DNA of 64,000 bases from Synergistaceae bacterium (lineage in GTDB: Bacteria > Synergistota > Synergistia > Synergistales > Synergistaceae): assembly GCA_031270375.1 (NCBI GenBank), contig JAISXR010000166.1, forward strand, positions 6,920 to 70,919. Direction: 5' to 3'. The notes under the pieces are model-generated. The model saw only the letters and a list, made by a program, of their open reading frames with translations. It was not told the origin of the DNA and made no database searches. The number at the start of each line of letters is the position of its first letter. Position 1 is the first letter of the stretch. A program made the translations under genes and the position numbers. Below are positions 1 to 9,547 of the stretch, in pieces.

Positions 1-1
1 T

Positions 2-298
2 TTGTTGGAAAATCCGTTTATCCTGCATTATTGCTCGCATATCAAACCGTGGATTGAAACAAGCAGGCCAAACGCGCATTATTTCTGGAAATTCGCGCGA
101 AAAACGCCTTTTTACGAAATTATTGTGAAAGCGGAACAATTATCCGCCGAAAAGGAAAGAAAAATTAAAAAATTGACAAGGAAAGCCAGGAAATACAAGG
201 TTCTGCAAGTATTGACTGTGGGGCTCGTCAAGTCGTTCCGCCTTCGCAAGAACAAATACCGTAATGAAATCAAGCAGGTTGAAGAAATGTATAATTAA
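2..298 (+). CDS. Glycosyltransferase family 8-like protein, C-terminal fragment (gene begins upstream of the window)
   Basis: The frame is open to the window edge. The motif HYCSHIKPW resembles the conserved C-terminal H..G..KPW motif of GT8 enzymes. The tail is lysine-rich and local GC is low. Confidence 0.45.
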   Translation: MLENPFILHYCSHIKPWIETSRPNAHYFWKFARKTPFYEIIVKAEQLSAEKERKIKKLTRKARKYKVLQVLTVGLVKSFRLRKNKYRNEIKQVEEMYN

Positions 299-329
299 GA
301 AAAGACCGATTTGCTGACGTTGACGATGT

Positions 330-358
330 TTGACAAAAACATACTCTTGTATTATAAA
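330..358 (+). promoter_or_regulatory. Sigma70-type promoter for the toxin-antitoxin pair (TTGACA, 17-nt spacer, TATAAA)
   Basis: TTGACA and TATAAA are separated by 17 nt, about 35 nt upstream of the antitoxin ATG. Reiterated TGACG/TTGAC motifs lie just upstream. Confidence 0.5.
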
Positions 359-391
359 GACAATACATCATCAATGTCAGGAGGGTAAATT

Positions 392-682
392 ATGGCTACT
401 ATACAAGTTCGCGTAGACGATGAAATGAAAACAACCGCGGATTTGCTCTTTTCAAGCCTTGGCCTCGATACCTCAACGGCGATCAGGATGTTTCTCGTTA
501 AGGCCATTGACTATGACGGGATTCCGTTTACTGTAAATCATCGCGTCCCGCAGTCTGAACTTCGCGAGGCAACGGAAAAGAAACTTGTTCGCCTGCCCTT
601 CCCTTTTGGATGTATGAAAGGGAAAATATGGATTGCCGATGACTTCGACGAACCGCTCGATGATTTTAAGGAGTATATGTGA
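392..682 (+). CDS. Type II antitoxin with a RelB/DinJ-like ribbon-helix-helix N-terminus
   Basis: The N-terminus MATIQVRVDDEMKTTADLLFSSLGLDTSTAIRMFL matches the DinJ/RelB pattern. The acidic C-tail DDFDEPLDDFKEYM is typical of partners of PIN toxins. A GGAGGG ribosome-binding site is present, and the stop overlaps the toxin start by 4 nt. Confidence 0.7.
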   Translation: MATIQVRVDDEMKTTADLLFSSLGLDTSTAIRMFLVKAIDYDGIPFTVNHRVPQSELREATEKKLVRLPFPFGCMKGKIWIADDFDEPLDDFKEYM

Positions 683-1065
683 TGAGGTTTTTAATAGATA
701 CTCATGTAGCTTTATGGAGCCTTGAAGGCGATGAACGCTTATCTCCCGGCGCCAAAGAACTCCTTGGGGATATTTCCACGGAACTTTATCTCAGCATAGT
801 GTCCGTGTGGGAAGTTGCTATTAAGATAAGTATAGGGAAACTGAATTTCGAAGGGGGCGTTAAAGAATTCTCACGTCGAATTCGAAACGCCGGAGTCGGC
901 GTACTGGGATTAGATGACAAATACTTGGAATGTCTCGAAACGCTTCCCTTTCTTCACCGTGATCCATTTGATCGCCTGCTGATTGCAACCGTTTTAACTG
1001 AAGGAATGACGTTTGTTACAGCGGACGAGAACATACACCGATACAATATAAAATGGATGCGGTAG
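679..1065 (+). CDS. vapC: PIN-domain VapC-family toxin
   Basis: The sequence has the FLIDTHVALW start, conserved acidic residues and a DPFDRLL..TA..E motif near the C-terminus. At 128 aa it has the right size, and it is translationally coupled to the upstream antitoxin. Confidence 0.8.
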   Translation: MMRFLIDTHVALWSLEGDERLSPGAKELLGDISTELYLSIVSVWEVAIKISIGKLNFEGGVKEFSRRIRNAGVGVLGLDDKYLECLETLPFLHRDPFDRLLIATVLTEGMTFVTADENIHRYNIKWMR

Positions 1066-1165
1066 TGACAACCGCGCTTCCGGCGCTTTTCGCGCAGCCA
1101 TTGGCAGCCATCATTGTCAGTAACCTCTAATTTCATTTTATCCAAAATATTGCTTCATGAGGGCG

Positions 1166-4100
1166 TTATAACACCGCCAGCCGAATTCTGCTTCCTCTCG
1201 TCGTCTTTTCGACGCGGACTTGCCTGTCGATGCGTTCACGGAGTTCGGCCACGTGCGAGATGATTCCGATCGTGCGCTTTCCTCCGGCCATATCGGAGAG
1301 AGTCCTCACGGCAAGTTCGAGTACGTCCGAATCGAGCGAGCCGAAACCTTCGTCGATAAACATCGCGTCGAGGCGTATACCGCCCGCGTTTTGCTGAACC
1401 ACGTCGGACAATCCGAGGGCGAGCGAAAGCGACGCCATGAACGATTCGCCTCCCGACAGACTGTTAGCGCCGCGGTTTTTGCCCGTGTAACTGTCGGCTA
1501 CTCCGAGTTCCAGGCCGGTTTTCGCGCGTCCGGCTGTAGTTTCTTCCTTTCTGCGCAAGACGTAACGGTTCTCGCTCATCACCTTGAGCCGTTGGTTAGC
1601 CGCGCGCAGGACGCGTTCAAAATAAGCCGTCTGCGCGTAGGTCTCGAAGCTTAAAGGTCCGTTTGCCGCGTCGTTGAGGCCCTTGATCGCCTCGAATTCC
1701 CTTTCGGCGTCGGCAAGTTTTTTCGCGGATTCGCGAAGCTCGCGCAGCACCCGCGACGTATTTTCTATCCTGAGTTTCAACGCGTCGCGCCGCGTGTTGA
1801 GTTCCGTGAGCGCGTCCTTTATCGCGTCCGAGTCGGATATCATTTTCTCGATATCCGGGCGTTCCTTGCCGGAAGTCTCTGTTTCCAAGCGCTCTATATC
1901 GCGATTGAGCTGTTTGCCCAGCTCGGCGTAATCGGCTATCTTTTTAGCCTTCACTTCCAGCTCTTCGTCGGTCAGAAGCGCGGAGGCGTAATCGGCCTCG
2001 CCGGCGAATCCGTTGGCCGACAAGGCGAGTTTGTACGATGCGTTTGTCTCGTCGAGCGATTTTTTTTGTTCCCGTTCTCTGTCTTCGCGCTCCGACACAA
2101 GCGCGGACGCTTTGTGCAGCGCGGCCTCACCGTCGGCCTGCCCGCGTTTTGCGTCGTCCCATTTTTTTGCGAGTTCACTCAGTGTTTTTTCGCCGTCATT
2201 TTTTCGTACGGTAAGATCGGCCACTAAGGAACGCGTTTCCGCGATGGCGGACGCGAGGCGCTCCGCCGACGAATTCCAATCCGGCTCCTCGACAAACTCC
2301 GAGAGGTCCTTTAGAAACCGTTCCGTGAGCGTGTCGATCTCGGATTTCAATGCGACGCATTCGGGCGCGAGTCTGTCACGTTTTTTCACGGAGGACGCCA
2401 TCATTTCGGCGAGTTTCGCCACGGCTTCCGCGTCATGACGAATCTTTGCGGACATCCGCGCGGAGGTTGAACGCGTCAGGTCAAACGTTTCGTCCAACGA
2501 TTTTGATACAGCCTGGAGCAGAGGGGCAAAATTACGGGCTCTGTCCGCACCTCCGCTGAGAGGAACGGGGCCGGCAGGCAGGGAGATTGCTTCCCGCATC
2601 CTCTCTATAATATTGTATTTGGATAGGTCGTTTAGGAAGCGCTCGGTCAGCACTCCGGTTTCAGAGTTCAATTTATCGCATTCGGAGGCTTTTGCGTCGC
2701 GTTTTTCATACGCTTTTTCCGACGCTTCACGCGAACGTTTCAACTTGCTTTCTCCTATATCTTCCTCGGTCTTCGCGGCGGGAGCGGGGTGTTCCGCCGA
2801 GCCGCAGACGGGACAGGGAACGCCCTCTCTCAAAGTCTCGGCGATAATGCCGGCCTGATTGCGCAGAAACTGTTCCTCGGTAAGTTTGTATTTCATGTCA
2901 GCGCCCAGATATTCCGCGTTGAATCGTTCAAATTCCGACTGCGCGGATTCGAGCGATTTTTGTTTAGCGGAGATTTCGTCCCTGTTCTTTTGCAGGACAG
3001 CGAGTTCCGCCAGTTTTCTCGCGTTTTCCTCGGATTCGCGCATCAGGCGTTCGAGTTCCATCTGCGCTTCGGGCAACGGCGGCAATTCAGCGATCGTTTT
3101 TTCGGTTGCGGCCAGCTCCGCTTGCAAATTGTCCAGGGAGCGCCGTTTCTTCGCTATATCGCCGCGGTTAGATTCGAGCGGCGTGAGCCTGGAGAGTCTG
3201 CCGGACTCCCGTTCGCATTCGAGGTTGAGATTATTCAACGCTTCCTGCGCGTCCTCCAGCGGCGGAAGTTTGCCGAGCATCTCCACGGCGCGCTCCAGAT
3301 TTTCTTTGGCCGCTTTCGCGACGGCTTTCGCCTCTCGCAAAGCGGCACAGGCGTCGACATATGACTTTTCGGCCTGGGCGGCTTTGTCCGCGGCCGGCCT
3401 GACCTTTCGCAAGGCGATTTCACCTCGGGTGTGCTCTTTTTTTATCATGGCGATATATTCCGCCCTCGCGTCATGTTCGGCCAGCGCCTCGCGGCGCGAA
3501 GCGAGTTCGTCCAGCTTTTTGCTCAGTTCCGACGCAATAGCGATTGTTCCGGCAAGCATGGTTCTCGATTGGTCACAGCGTGATATCTGTCCGTCCAGAT
3601 TTTGTATCTCGGCGAAATCGGTTTCCAGTTGGCGGTCCCATTCCGCGAACCGCTCGTCCCGTTTGTAGGGGTCGACGCCGTTGCGTTCGAAATCGTCGCG
3701 GATGTGTGCCGCGGCGCCCTCCGCCTCTTTCCTTTTTTCCTTCAGCAAATCTTGGAATCGGGCCAAATGTGTGGTGCCGAATATTCGCCGCAATATCTCG
3801 ACGCGTTCTCTGGTACCGCTCTGGAGGAATCGCAGAAAATCGTTCTGGGCTATCATAACTATCTGGGCAAACTGGTCGCGGTCGAGGCCGATGATTTCCA
3901 AGACCTTCGCCTCCACGTCCCTGATCCCGCCGATGGCCGTGTTATCGGGCAAAATCAGCTCCGCGCTCTCGCTGAATGTCGTCTCGCCCGTTTTTCGCTT
4001 TGTGTGGGGCGTCATCTTCCGCGTGATGGTATATTCTTTGCCGCCGATCTCAAAATCGAGCGTAACTCCCGTCATGGTCCTGTCGTCCGCGAAATCGCTG

Positions 4101-4303
4101 CGGAGCATGAGGCTCCTGCCGCGCGCGCTGCCGCTCGCTGTGCCGTACAGCGCGTATGAGATCGCGTCGAAGATCGTGGTCTTGCCGGCGCCGGTTTCAC
4201 CGGTGATGAGATACAGACCGCTGTCACCGAATGTCGTGAAATCGAGCGTCTCCTCGGCGGCGTAAGAGCCGAACGCGCTCATGGTCAGTCTGGTAGGTTT
4301 CAT
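1166..4303 (-). CDS. sbcC: Exonuclease SbcC (Rad50/SMC-like ATPase)
   Basis: It has an N-terminal Walker A (GETGAGKTTIFDAISYALYG), a long coiled coil, a central zinc hook (CPVCGS), and a C-terminal signature (LSGGESF) with Walker B (FIDEGFGSLD). Its start overlaps the sbcD stop by 4 nt. Confidence 0.85.
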   Translation of the reverse strand: MKPTRLTMSAFGSYAAEETLDFTTFGDSGLYLITGETGAGKTTIFDAISYALYGTASGSARGRSLMLRSDFADDRTMTGVTLDFEIGGKEYTITRKMTPHTKRKTGETTFSESAELILPDNTAIGGIRDVEAKVLEIIGLDRDQFAQIVMIAQNDFLRFLQSGTRERVEILRRIFGTTHLARFQDLLKEKRKEAEGAAAHIRDDFERNGVDPYKRDERFAEWDRQLETDFAEIQNLDGQISRCDQSRTMLAGTIAIASELSKKLDELASRREALAEHDARAEYIAMIKKEHTRGEIALRKVRPAADKAAQAEKSYVDACAALREAKAVAKAAKENLERAVEMLGKLPPLEDAQEALNNLNLECERESGRLSRLTPLESNRGDIAKKRRSLDNLQAELAATEKTIAELPPLPEAQMELERLMRESEENARKLAELAVLQKNRDEISAKQKSLESAQSEFERFNAEYLGADMKYKLTEEQFLRNQAGIIAETLREGVPCPVCGSAEHPAPAAKTEEDIGESKLKRSREASEKAYEKRDAKASECDKLNSETGVLTERFLNDLSKYNIIERMREAISLPAGPVPLSGGADRARNFAPLLQAVSKSLDETFDLTRSTSARMSAKIRHDAEAVAKLAEMMASSVKKRDRLAPECVALKSEIDTLTERFLKDLSEFVEEPDWNSSAERLASAIAETRSLVADLTVRKNDGEKTLSELAKKWDDAKRGQADGEAALHKASALVSEREDREREQKKSLDETNASYKLALSANGFAGEADYASALLTDEELEVKAKKIADYAELGKQLNRDIERLETETSGKERPDIEKMISDSDAIKDALTELNTRRDALKLRIENTSRVLRELRESAKKLADAEREFEAIKGLNDAANGPLSFETYAQTAYFERVLRAANQRLKVMSENRYVLRRKEETTAGRAKTGLELGVADSYTGKNRGANSLSGGESFMASLSLALGLSDVVQQNAGGIRLDAMFIDEGFGSLDSDVLELAVRTLSDMAGGKRTIGIISHVAELRERIDRQVRVEKTTRGSRIRLAVL

Positions 4304-5457
4304 TTATCGTTCCCCGCTTCTTCGAGGAGTTCTCTGACTATTTTTTCCTGTCGCGGGCTCATGTCCGTCTTTTTGATTTCTTTGAAAAACCGGCTGAAGA
4401 GGTCGAGAATGGATACATTTTCCACTGATTCAGCCTCGTACCCGGCGTAACCGCTCTCTTTGCCCGTGCGCGAGTTCTCGAAATCCAAAGCCATGACGTT
4501 CGGATACGCGCTTCTTATCTTTCCCATCGCATCGGCGATATCGCCCTCGTCGGTGAGGATAACGCGCATGTAGTCCTCACACTCCGCTTCACGCAAAACC
4601 TCGGCGCTCGTGAGTCCGTCGATGGGACCCTTTATCTCGCGCATATCGTGTATCGGCGTCAGCGGAAGCGCGGATATCTTCAGGTTTCCCTTCTCTCCTA
4701 TATCGACGAGTGTGACTGATTTATCATGTCTCCATTCGGAGAAGGAATACTTGAGCGGCGAGCCGCCGTAACGGATATTTTCTGCGCCGACATTTTGCGC
4801 GCGGTGAAGATGTCCCAGGGCGGCGTAATCGAAACGCGACAGAATCCCGGCGTCGACGGCATCGAGACCACCGACGAAATCAATCTCCGATTCGGAGCGG
4901 ACGAGTTCGATTCCGGCCCCGGTATAAAACTGGTGAGATATCAGCACGTTGCGGGCGGCAAAGTCGATGCCGGAATTTTCTATCACGGTCCTAACCGCGT
5001 CGGAATAACCGTCGATCTCCGCGTCCCCGTAATACTCTCTCAGTGACGACGGTTTGATGAACGGCAAGAGCCAGAAATTTACCTGACCGTATTCGTCGTC
5101 CAGCGTTACGCAACGCATTTTGCCGTCGTTGCCTGGAACTCCGCATAAAAACACGTTCCCTCTGGACAACAGACGGCTCGCGTAGTTCAGCCGTTCCGGC
5201 GAGTCGTGGTTGCCCGCTATGAGCAACACGGCCGTGCCCCCGCCGGCCAGCTCAGTGAGAAAGTCGTCGAACAGACGCACCGCGTCGACGCCGGGCACGG
5301 CGCGGTCGTATATGTCACCGGCTATGAGCACGGCCCGAGGTCCGGCGGTTTGTACGTAACCGGCGATCTGCTCGAAAACGTGACGCTGTTCCCCGATCAT
5401 CGACACGCCGTTCACTATTTTTCCGATGTGCAGGTCCGACAGGTGCAGAAATTTCAC
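4300..5457 (-). CDS. sbcD: Exonuclease SbcD (Mre11-type calcineurin-like phosphoesterase)
   Basis: It carries the metallophosphoesterase motifs HLSDLHIG, AGDIYD, GNHD and GHLH. It sits directly upstream of sbcC. Confidence 0.85.
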   Translation of the reverse strand: MKFLHLSDLHIGKIVNGVSMIGEQRHVFEQIAGYVQTAGPRAVLIAGDIYDRAVPGVDAVRLFDDFLTELAGGGTAVLLIAGNHDSPERLNYASRLLSRGNVFLCGVPGNDGKMRCVTLDDEYGQVNFWLLPFIKPSSLREYYGDAEIDGYSDAVRTVIENSGIDFAARNVLISHQFYTGAGIELVRSESEIDFVGGLDAVDAGILSRFDYAALGHLHRAQNVGAENIRYGGSPLKYSFSEWRHDKSVTLVDIGEKGNLKISALPLTPIHDMREIKGPIDGLTSAEVLREAECEDYMRVILTDEGDIADAMGKIRSAYPNVMALDFENSRTGKESGYAGYEAESVENVSILDLFSRFFKEIKKTDMSPRQEKIVRELLEEAGNDK

Positions 5458-5621
5458 ACAAATTACCTCCGTAATGACGCCGCGTTTGCGGAATCATTAT
5501 AAGCCCGTGCGCGGCGGCATAAAACCGAGATTTTCATATAGGCGTATTTGAGGATTTTTTTTCGTGTTTTTCTGATATAAAGAGAAATCAGAGTAAGATT
5601 ATCGTGTGTCGAGGTGTACAA

Positions 5622-6428
5622 ATGCAGAAATTTAAATGTTTGAACGCGACCGTCATTAAAGTCATAGCCATCGTGCTTATGTTCGCCGATCATGTGCATC
5701 AGATGTTCATCGGTTTCGGCGCGCCGATGTGGCTCACTTATATTGGGAGGCTCGTCTTCCCGTTATTTTTGTTCGCGTCAGCCGACAGTTTTTTCTATAC
5801 CCGCAATCGCAAAAAATATTTATGGCGGCTTCTCCTGGCAAGCTGGGCGATGACTATAATGTCGTCAATCCTCCAACATGTCCTGCCAAACGCAACGGTT
5901 GTCCTTATTAACAACGCGTTTACCACATTCTTCATCGCGGGGCTTTATATGCTGTTCTGGGACAGGTTTTTAGATGGCGTCAAGGAGCTTGACGCGTGGA
6001 AAATGGTTTCTTCTTTCCTGCTGTGCCTCGTTCCGGTTATCTCCGCACTACCCGTGTTTTTCATATTGTCCCGGTTTGCGGAGCGGTTTTCTCCCGCCGC
6101 GCTGCAAGTTGCTGCTTATGTGTCGATGCTTATTCCGAACATTCTGACGGCCGAGGGTGGAGCCGTGTTGGTCGCGCTGGGCGTTTCGTTTTACATTTTA
6201 CGGCGCCGGCGTTGTGCTCAAATCGCCGTTTTGCTTGCGACATCCGCGGCGATTTATATCAACGGCAGCGACAATATGCAGTGGCTGATGGGTTTGGCGG
6301 CGATCCCCATGAGCATGTACAACGGTGAAAAAGGACGGGGCATGAAGTGGTTCTTTTACATATTCTACCCCGCCCATATATACGCGCTGTACATCGCTGC
6401 CACGTTGCTGACTAAAAGAGGTGTTTGA
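5622..6428 (+). CDS. TraX family membrane protein
   Basis: It is a polytopic hydrophobic protein starting LNATVIKVIAIVLMFADHV, with a C-terminal FYIFYPAHI motif typical of the TraX family. The start was trimmed from 5604 to the ATG at 5622. Confidence 0.65.
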   Translation: MQKFKCLNATVIKVIAIVLMFADHVHQMFIGFGAPMWLTYIGRLVFPLFLFASADSFFYTRNRKKYLWRLLLASWAMTIMSSILQHVLPNATVVLINNAFTTFFIAGLYMLFWDRFLDGVKELDAWKMVSSFLLCLVPVISALPVFFILSRFAERFSPAALQVAAYVSMLIPNILTAEGGAVLVALGVSFYILRRRRCAQIAVLLATSAAIYINGSDNMQWLMGLAAIPMSMYNGEKGRGMKWFFYIFYPAHIYALYIAATLLTKRGV

Positions 6429-6493
6429 AGGTCTGATTTAATGACGTTCCAATTTTTTCTTAACCTTACATAGAAAATTATTTGGTCTTACAA

Positions 6494-6512
6494 GGGCGGC
6501 AATCTGCCGCCC
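6494..6512 (+). terminator. GC-rich hairpin downstream of the traX-like gene
   Basis: GGGCGGC-AATCT-GCCGCCC forms a 7-bp stem. There is no immediate T-run; TTTT follows about 15 nt later. Confidence 0.35.
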
Positions 6513-6659
6513 CTACCAGCGTCCCGTTTTCACCTACAAATTTGTCGTACACTCGAATCGCATTGCAAACTTGATTATTGCGTATTTTTCGTGTAGATTA
6601 TTTTTGAGGCATGCATTCACGCATGAGCGTGTATGCTCTAAAAAAAGGAGCGATGTAAA

Positions 6660-7196
6660 ATGGAAAATGTCTTCGCGCTGAATGAGACTCACAACGAATT
6701 CAAATGGGAAAACCTTGGGGATATCAAAGAGGGCAGGGGAGGCCTGGGCGAGGGAATGCCCGTGGTGGTCTATCGTCTGATGCAGTATACCATGCTGGAC
6801 GTGCTCACAAAAGCTTACGGGAACGAGATCGCAAATCAGCACTTTCGCGACGCCGGATTCCTTGCCGGCACGGAATTTGCTCGCAACATCCTCGACTTGT
6901 CCGTCGATTTCGAAACGTTCATCGCTAACCTTCAAAAAACACTTCAAGAATTCAAAATCGGGATTCTGCGTATGGAAGATTTCGACGCGTGTACCGGCAA
7001 TATGGTTCTCACTGTCGGCGAAGACCTCGACTGCAGCGGTTTGCCGGTGACCAACGAAACCGTATGTTTCTACGATGAAGGTTTCATTTCCGGCATCCTT
7101 GAGGCGTACACCGGGAAGAAGTACGATGTCCGCGAAGTCGACTGTTGGGCCAACGGCGACAGGGTATGCCGGTTCAGCGGCACAGTTCTCGACTGA
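6660..7196 (+). CDS. V4R (4-vinyl reductase) domain protein, putative small-molecule sensor
   Basis: The size and pattern (VVVYRLMQYT..., a C-terminal cysteine-containing segment, CWANGDRVCRF) fit stand-alone V4R proteins. An AAGGAG ribosome-binding site is present. Confidence 0.6.
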   Translation: MENVFALNETHNEFKWENLGDIKEGRGGLGEGMPVVVYRLMQYTMLDVLTKAYGNEIANQHFRDAGFLAGTEFARNILDLSVDFETFIANLQKTLQEFKIGILRMEDFDACTGNMVLTVGEDLDCSGLPVTNETVCFYDEGFISGILEAYTGKKYDVREVDCWANGDRVCRFSGTVLD

Positions 7197-7211
7197 AAAA
7201 ACCCGCTGCTC

Positions 7212-8537
7212 GTGATGACGTCTGACGACTTGCCGAAAAAAACCAGGGAGCCGCCGGAGATTCTATTGTTCCGTTATCTGAAGGACGTTTTTTACAAACC
7301 CGGATCGGTAGAACTCGCACTGGATGAATTGCCGGAAAACTTCAAAAATTTAGGGCGAGCTTTGATGTTCTTCTCGGAAAGTGTCGCGGAGACAAGGGAA
7401 TTAGCGATGGCCCTCTCGAAGGGAAACCTGGAGGCGCGTTTGCCGTCGCGTGGGAACGAGATAGCCGCTCCGCTTAAAAGCTTGCACGCTTCTCTGAAAC
7501 ATCTCACGTGGCAAACCCGCGAAGTCGCGAAGGGGGATTACAAGCAACGGGTCAATTTTATGGGCGATTTCGCGGACTCTTTCAATTCCATGATAGAGCA
7601 GCTTTCTGAAAACAGGGAAGCGCTTCTTCAAGAGATCGAAAGCGGCAAAAAAAAATCCGAAGCACTAAAGGAGAGCAACAATCTGCTGGAGGCGATCACC
7701 AAGCAGATTTCACAATGGATAGTCGTGATCTGCGAAGATTCCGGGGAATGGCTATACGCAAACCGGGAGCCGGGGGATGTCCTGAAGAACGCCGAGTGGG
7801 AAACGGACTTGCGTGCGTGGTTTCGTGACAGGATAGATGCCCCGAGGAAAGAAAACGCGCAGCCCTACGAACTGGAACTGCCGTCCGTTGGCACGCATCA
7901 ATACTTTTCGGTAGTGGCGCACTCGATATATTGGTATGGGCACAAAGCCGCGGCGTTCGTCCTGACGGACGTAAGCTCCGAAAAAAGACGCCTTCTCAAG
8001 CTCGAAACCGTCGCGTACCGCGACCCGCTCACTAAAACCTTCAACAGGCACTATGGCATGGAAACTCTGATCGAATGGCTTTCGGAGGGGAGGTCGTTTG
8101 TCATATGCTTCGTGGATCTCGATAACCTGAAATACGTCAACGACAAATTCGGCCACAACGAGGGAGATAAATATATCACGCTGACAGCCAACCTACTGAG
8201 CCTTTTTTCCGAGGGCGCCATTTTATGCCGGCTGGGCGGCGACGAATTTATGATCCTTTCGGAGGAAATGTCCGCGTACGAGGCCGAAATCAGACTCGAA
8301 GAATTGAGGACGCATCTGCTTCACAGTGAGGCCGGTGTCATAGGTCCGAATATCCGAAGTCTAAGTTATGGCGTCATTCAGGTTCAGACGGACAATACCA
8401 GTTCAGCGAGCGAGCTGCTGGGTATCGCCGACGAGAAAATGTATCAATATAAAAGATCCCATAAGATGGCGCGTAAATCGTCCATCGACGCTATAGAAAA
8501 AAATGAATACCCCAAAACACAGACGACGATCCTCTGA
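7212..8537 (+). CDS. Diguanylate cyclase (cytoplasmic HAMP-like linker, PAS-like region, GGDEF domain)
   Basis: The C-terminal domain contains DPLT..NR, DLDNLKYVND..GH..GD and the RLGGDEF active-site motif. No N-terminal transmembrane helix is evident, and there is no RxxD motif five residues before GGDEF. Confidence 0.85.
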   Translation: MMTSDDLPKKTREPPEILLFRYLKDVFYKPGSVELALDELPENFKNLGRALMFFSESVAETRELAMALSKGNLEARLPSRGNEIAAPLKSLHASLKHLTWQTREVAKGDYKQRVNFMGDFADSFNSMIEQLSENREALLQEIESGKKKSEALKESNNLLEAITKQISQWIVVICEDSGEWLYANREPGDVLKNAEWETDLRAWFRDRIDAPRKENAQPYELELPSVGTHQYFSVVAHSIYWYGHKAAAFVLTDVSSEKRRLLKLETVAYRDPLTKTFNRHYGMETLIEWLSEGRSFVICFVDLDNLKYVNDKFGHNEGDKYITLTANLLSLFSEGAILCRLGGDEFMILSEEMSAYEAEIRLEELRTHLLHSEAGVIGPNIRSLSYGVIQVQTDNTSSASELLGIADEKMYQYKRSHKMARKSSIDAIEKNEYPKTQTTIL

Positions 8538-8569
8538 GCCTCTGAACATTTTTTGTAAGAGGTTTTTTT
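8538..8569 (+). terminator. Rho-independent terminator after the GGDEF gene
   Basis: GCCTCT ... AGAGGT forms a stem and is followed by a T7 run. Confidence 0.45.
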
Positions 8570-8620
8570 GGGTAAAATCGCAAAGTAAATTCCACCATAG
8601 GAAAATCGTACATGAAATGG

Positions 8621-8629
8621 TGGTATAAT
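8621..8629 (+). promoter_or_regulatory. Extended -10 element (TGgTATAAT) upstream of panB
   Basis: TGGTATAAT lies about 50 nt upstream of the panB ATG. Confidence 0.4.
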
Positions 8630-8681
8630 GACATTCTCATACTGAAGAAACGTAATCGCGTACGCACGGAGGGTATCTGAT

Positions 8682-9536
8682 ATGGCCAAGAAAAAAGGAC
8701 GACTTGATTTCATCAAAATGAAACAGAATCACGAACAGGTCGCATGGGTGACCGCGTACGATTTCCCGACCGCCCAGTTCGCGGAAGCCGCGGAGATGGA
8801 CATGATACTGGTGGGAGATTCGCTTGGTATGTGCATCCTCGGTTACAAGGGCACTGTACCGGTGACTATGGAGGACTGTATTTCCCACTGTAAGGCCGTT
8901 CGCAGAGGAGCGCCCGAAACGTTTATCGTGGGTGATATGCCGTTTGGCTCGTACCAGATAACCAACTCGGAAGCCGTGTACAACGCGGCCAGATTTTTGA
9001 AAGAGGCCGAGACCGACGCGATTAAACTCGAGGGGGGGTTGCGCACGGCCGGCGCTTTGAAGGCGATAGCTGACGCCGGTATCCTCGCCATGGGCCATAT
9101 CGGGCTCACTCCGCAAAGTTCCGGTCCTCTCGGCGGCTTTAAGGCACAAGGGCTCGACCCGTACTCCGCTCGTTTCGTGATAGAAGATGCGCTTGCCGTG
9201 CAGGAAGCCGGGGCTTACGCACTTTTGATCGAGGCAGTCCCGCCGGAACTCTGTTCTTTCATAGCGAAAAAACTCACCATCCCGGTGTACTCCATAGGAG
9301 CCGGCGGCCCTTGCGACGGTCAGCTTCTGATATCGAGCGACATGATAGGTATGTTCCAGTCCTTTACGCCGAAATTCGTCAAAGTTTACGCCAATGTCGG
9401 CGAACAAATCACGAAGGCTTTCAAGGAATATGTCAAAGACGTCCATACCGGGGTATTCCCGTCCGACGAATATTGCTACCATATCCGGAAGGGAATGGAG
9501 GAAGATTACAACAAGATGCTGAAAGAGTTCGAATAA
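8682..9536 (+). CDS. panB: 3-methyl-2-oxobutanoate hydroxymethyltransferase
   Basis: The motifs VTAYD, LVGDSLGM and GDMPFGSYQ are diagnostic of PanB, and the gene is full length. Confidence 0.9.
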   Translation: MAKKKGRLDFIKMKQNHEQVAWVTAYDFPTAQFAEAAEMDMILVGDSLGMCILGYKGTVPVTMEDCISHCKAVRRGAPETFIVGDMPFGSYQITNSEAVYNAARFLKEAETDAIKLEGGLRTAGALKAIADAGILAMGHIGLTPQSSGPLGGFKAQGLDPYSARFVIEDALAVQEAGAYALLIEAVPPELCSFIAKKLTIPVYSIGAGGPCDGQLLISSDMIGMFQSFTPKFVKVYANVGEQITKAFKEYVKDVHTGVFPSDEYCYHIRKGMEEDYNKMLKEFE

Positions 9537-9547
9537 GAGGTAAGATC

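Noticed and set aside
1166-5457. SbcC/SbcD-like pair next to a toxin-antitoxin module considered as a possible SMC-type defence system (Lamassu- or Wadjet-like)
   Set aside because: It has the canonical sbcD-sbcC order with a 4-nt overlap, normal sizes, a Rad50-type zinc hook (CPVC) and Mre11 phosphoesterase motifs. There are no extra effector genes. It is most simply the housekeeping SbcCD nuclease.
6534-6947. A 137-aa minus-strand ORF spanning the traX/V4R intergenic region and the start of the V4R gene
   Set aside because: It is antisense to the better-supported V4R gene, crosses a terminator-like hairpin and has no motifs.
7647-7655. An A9 tract inside the GGDEF gene and a G8 tract inside rsmH (20048-20055) as phase-variation switches
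   Set aside because: Both encode in-frame Lys-Lys-Lys and Gly-Gly-Gly in intact genes. rsmH is a housekeeping gene. Tracts of this length are not convincing contingency loci without population data.
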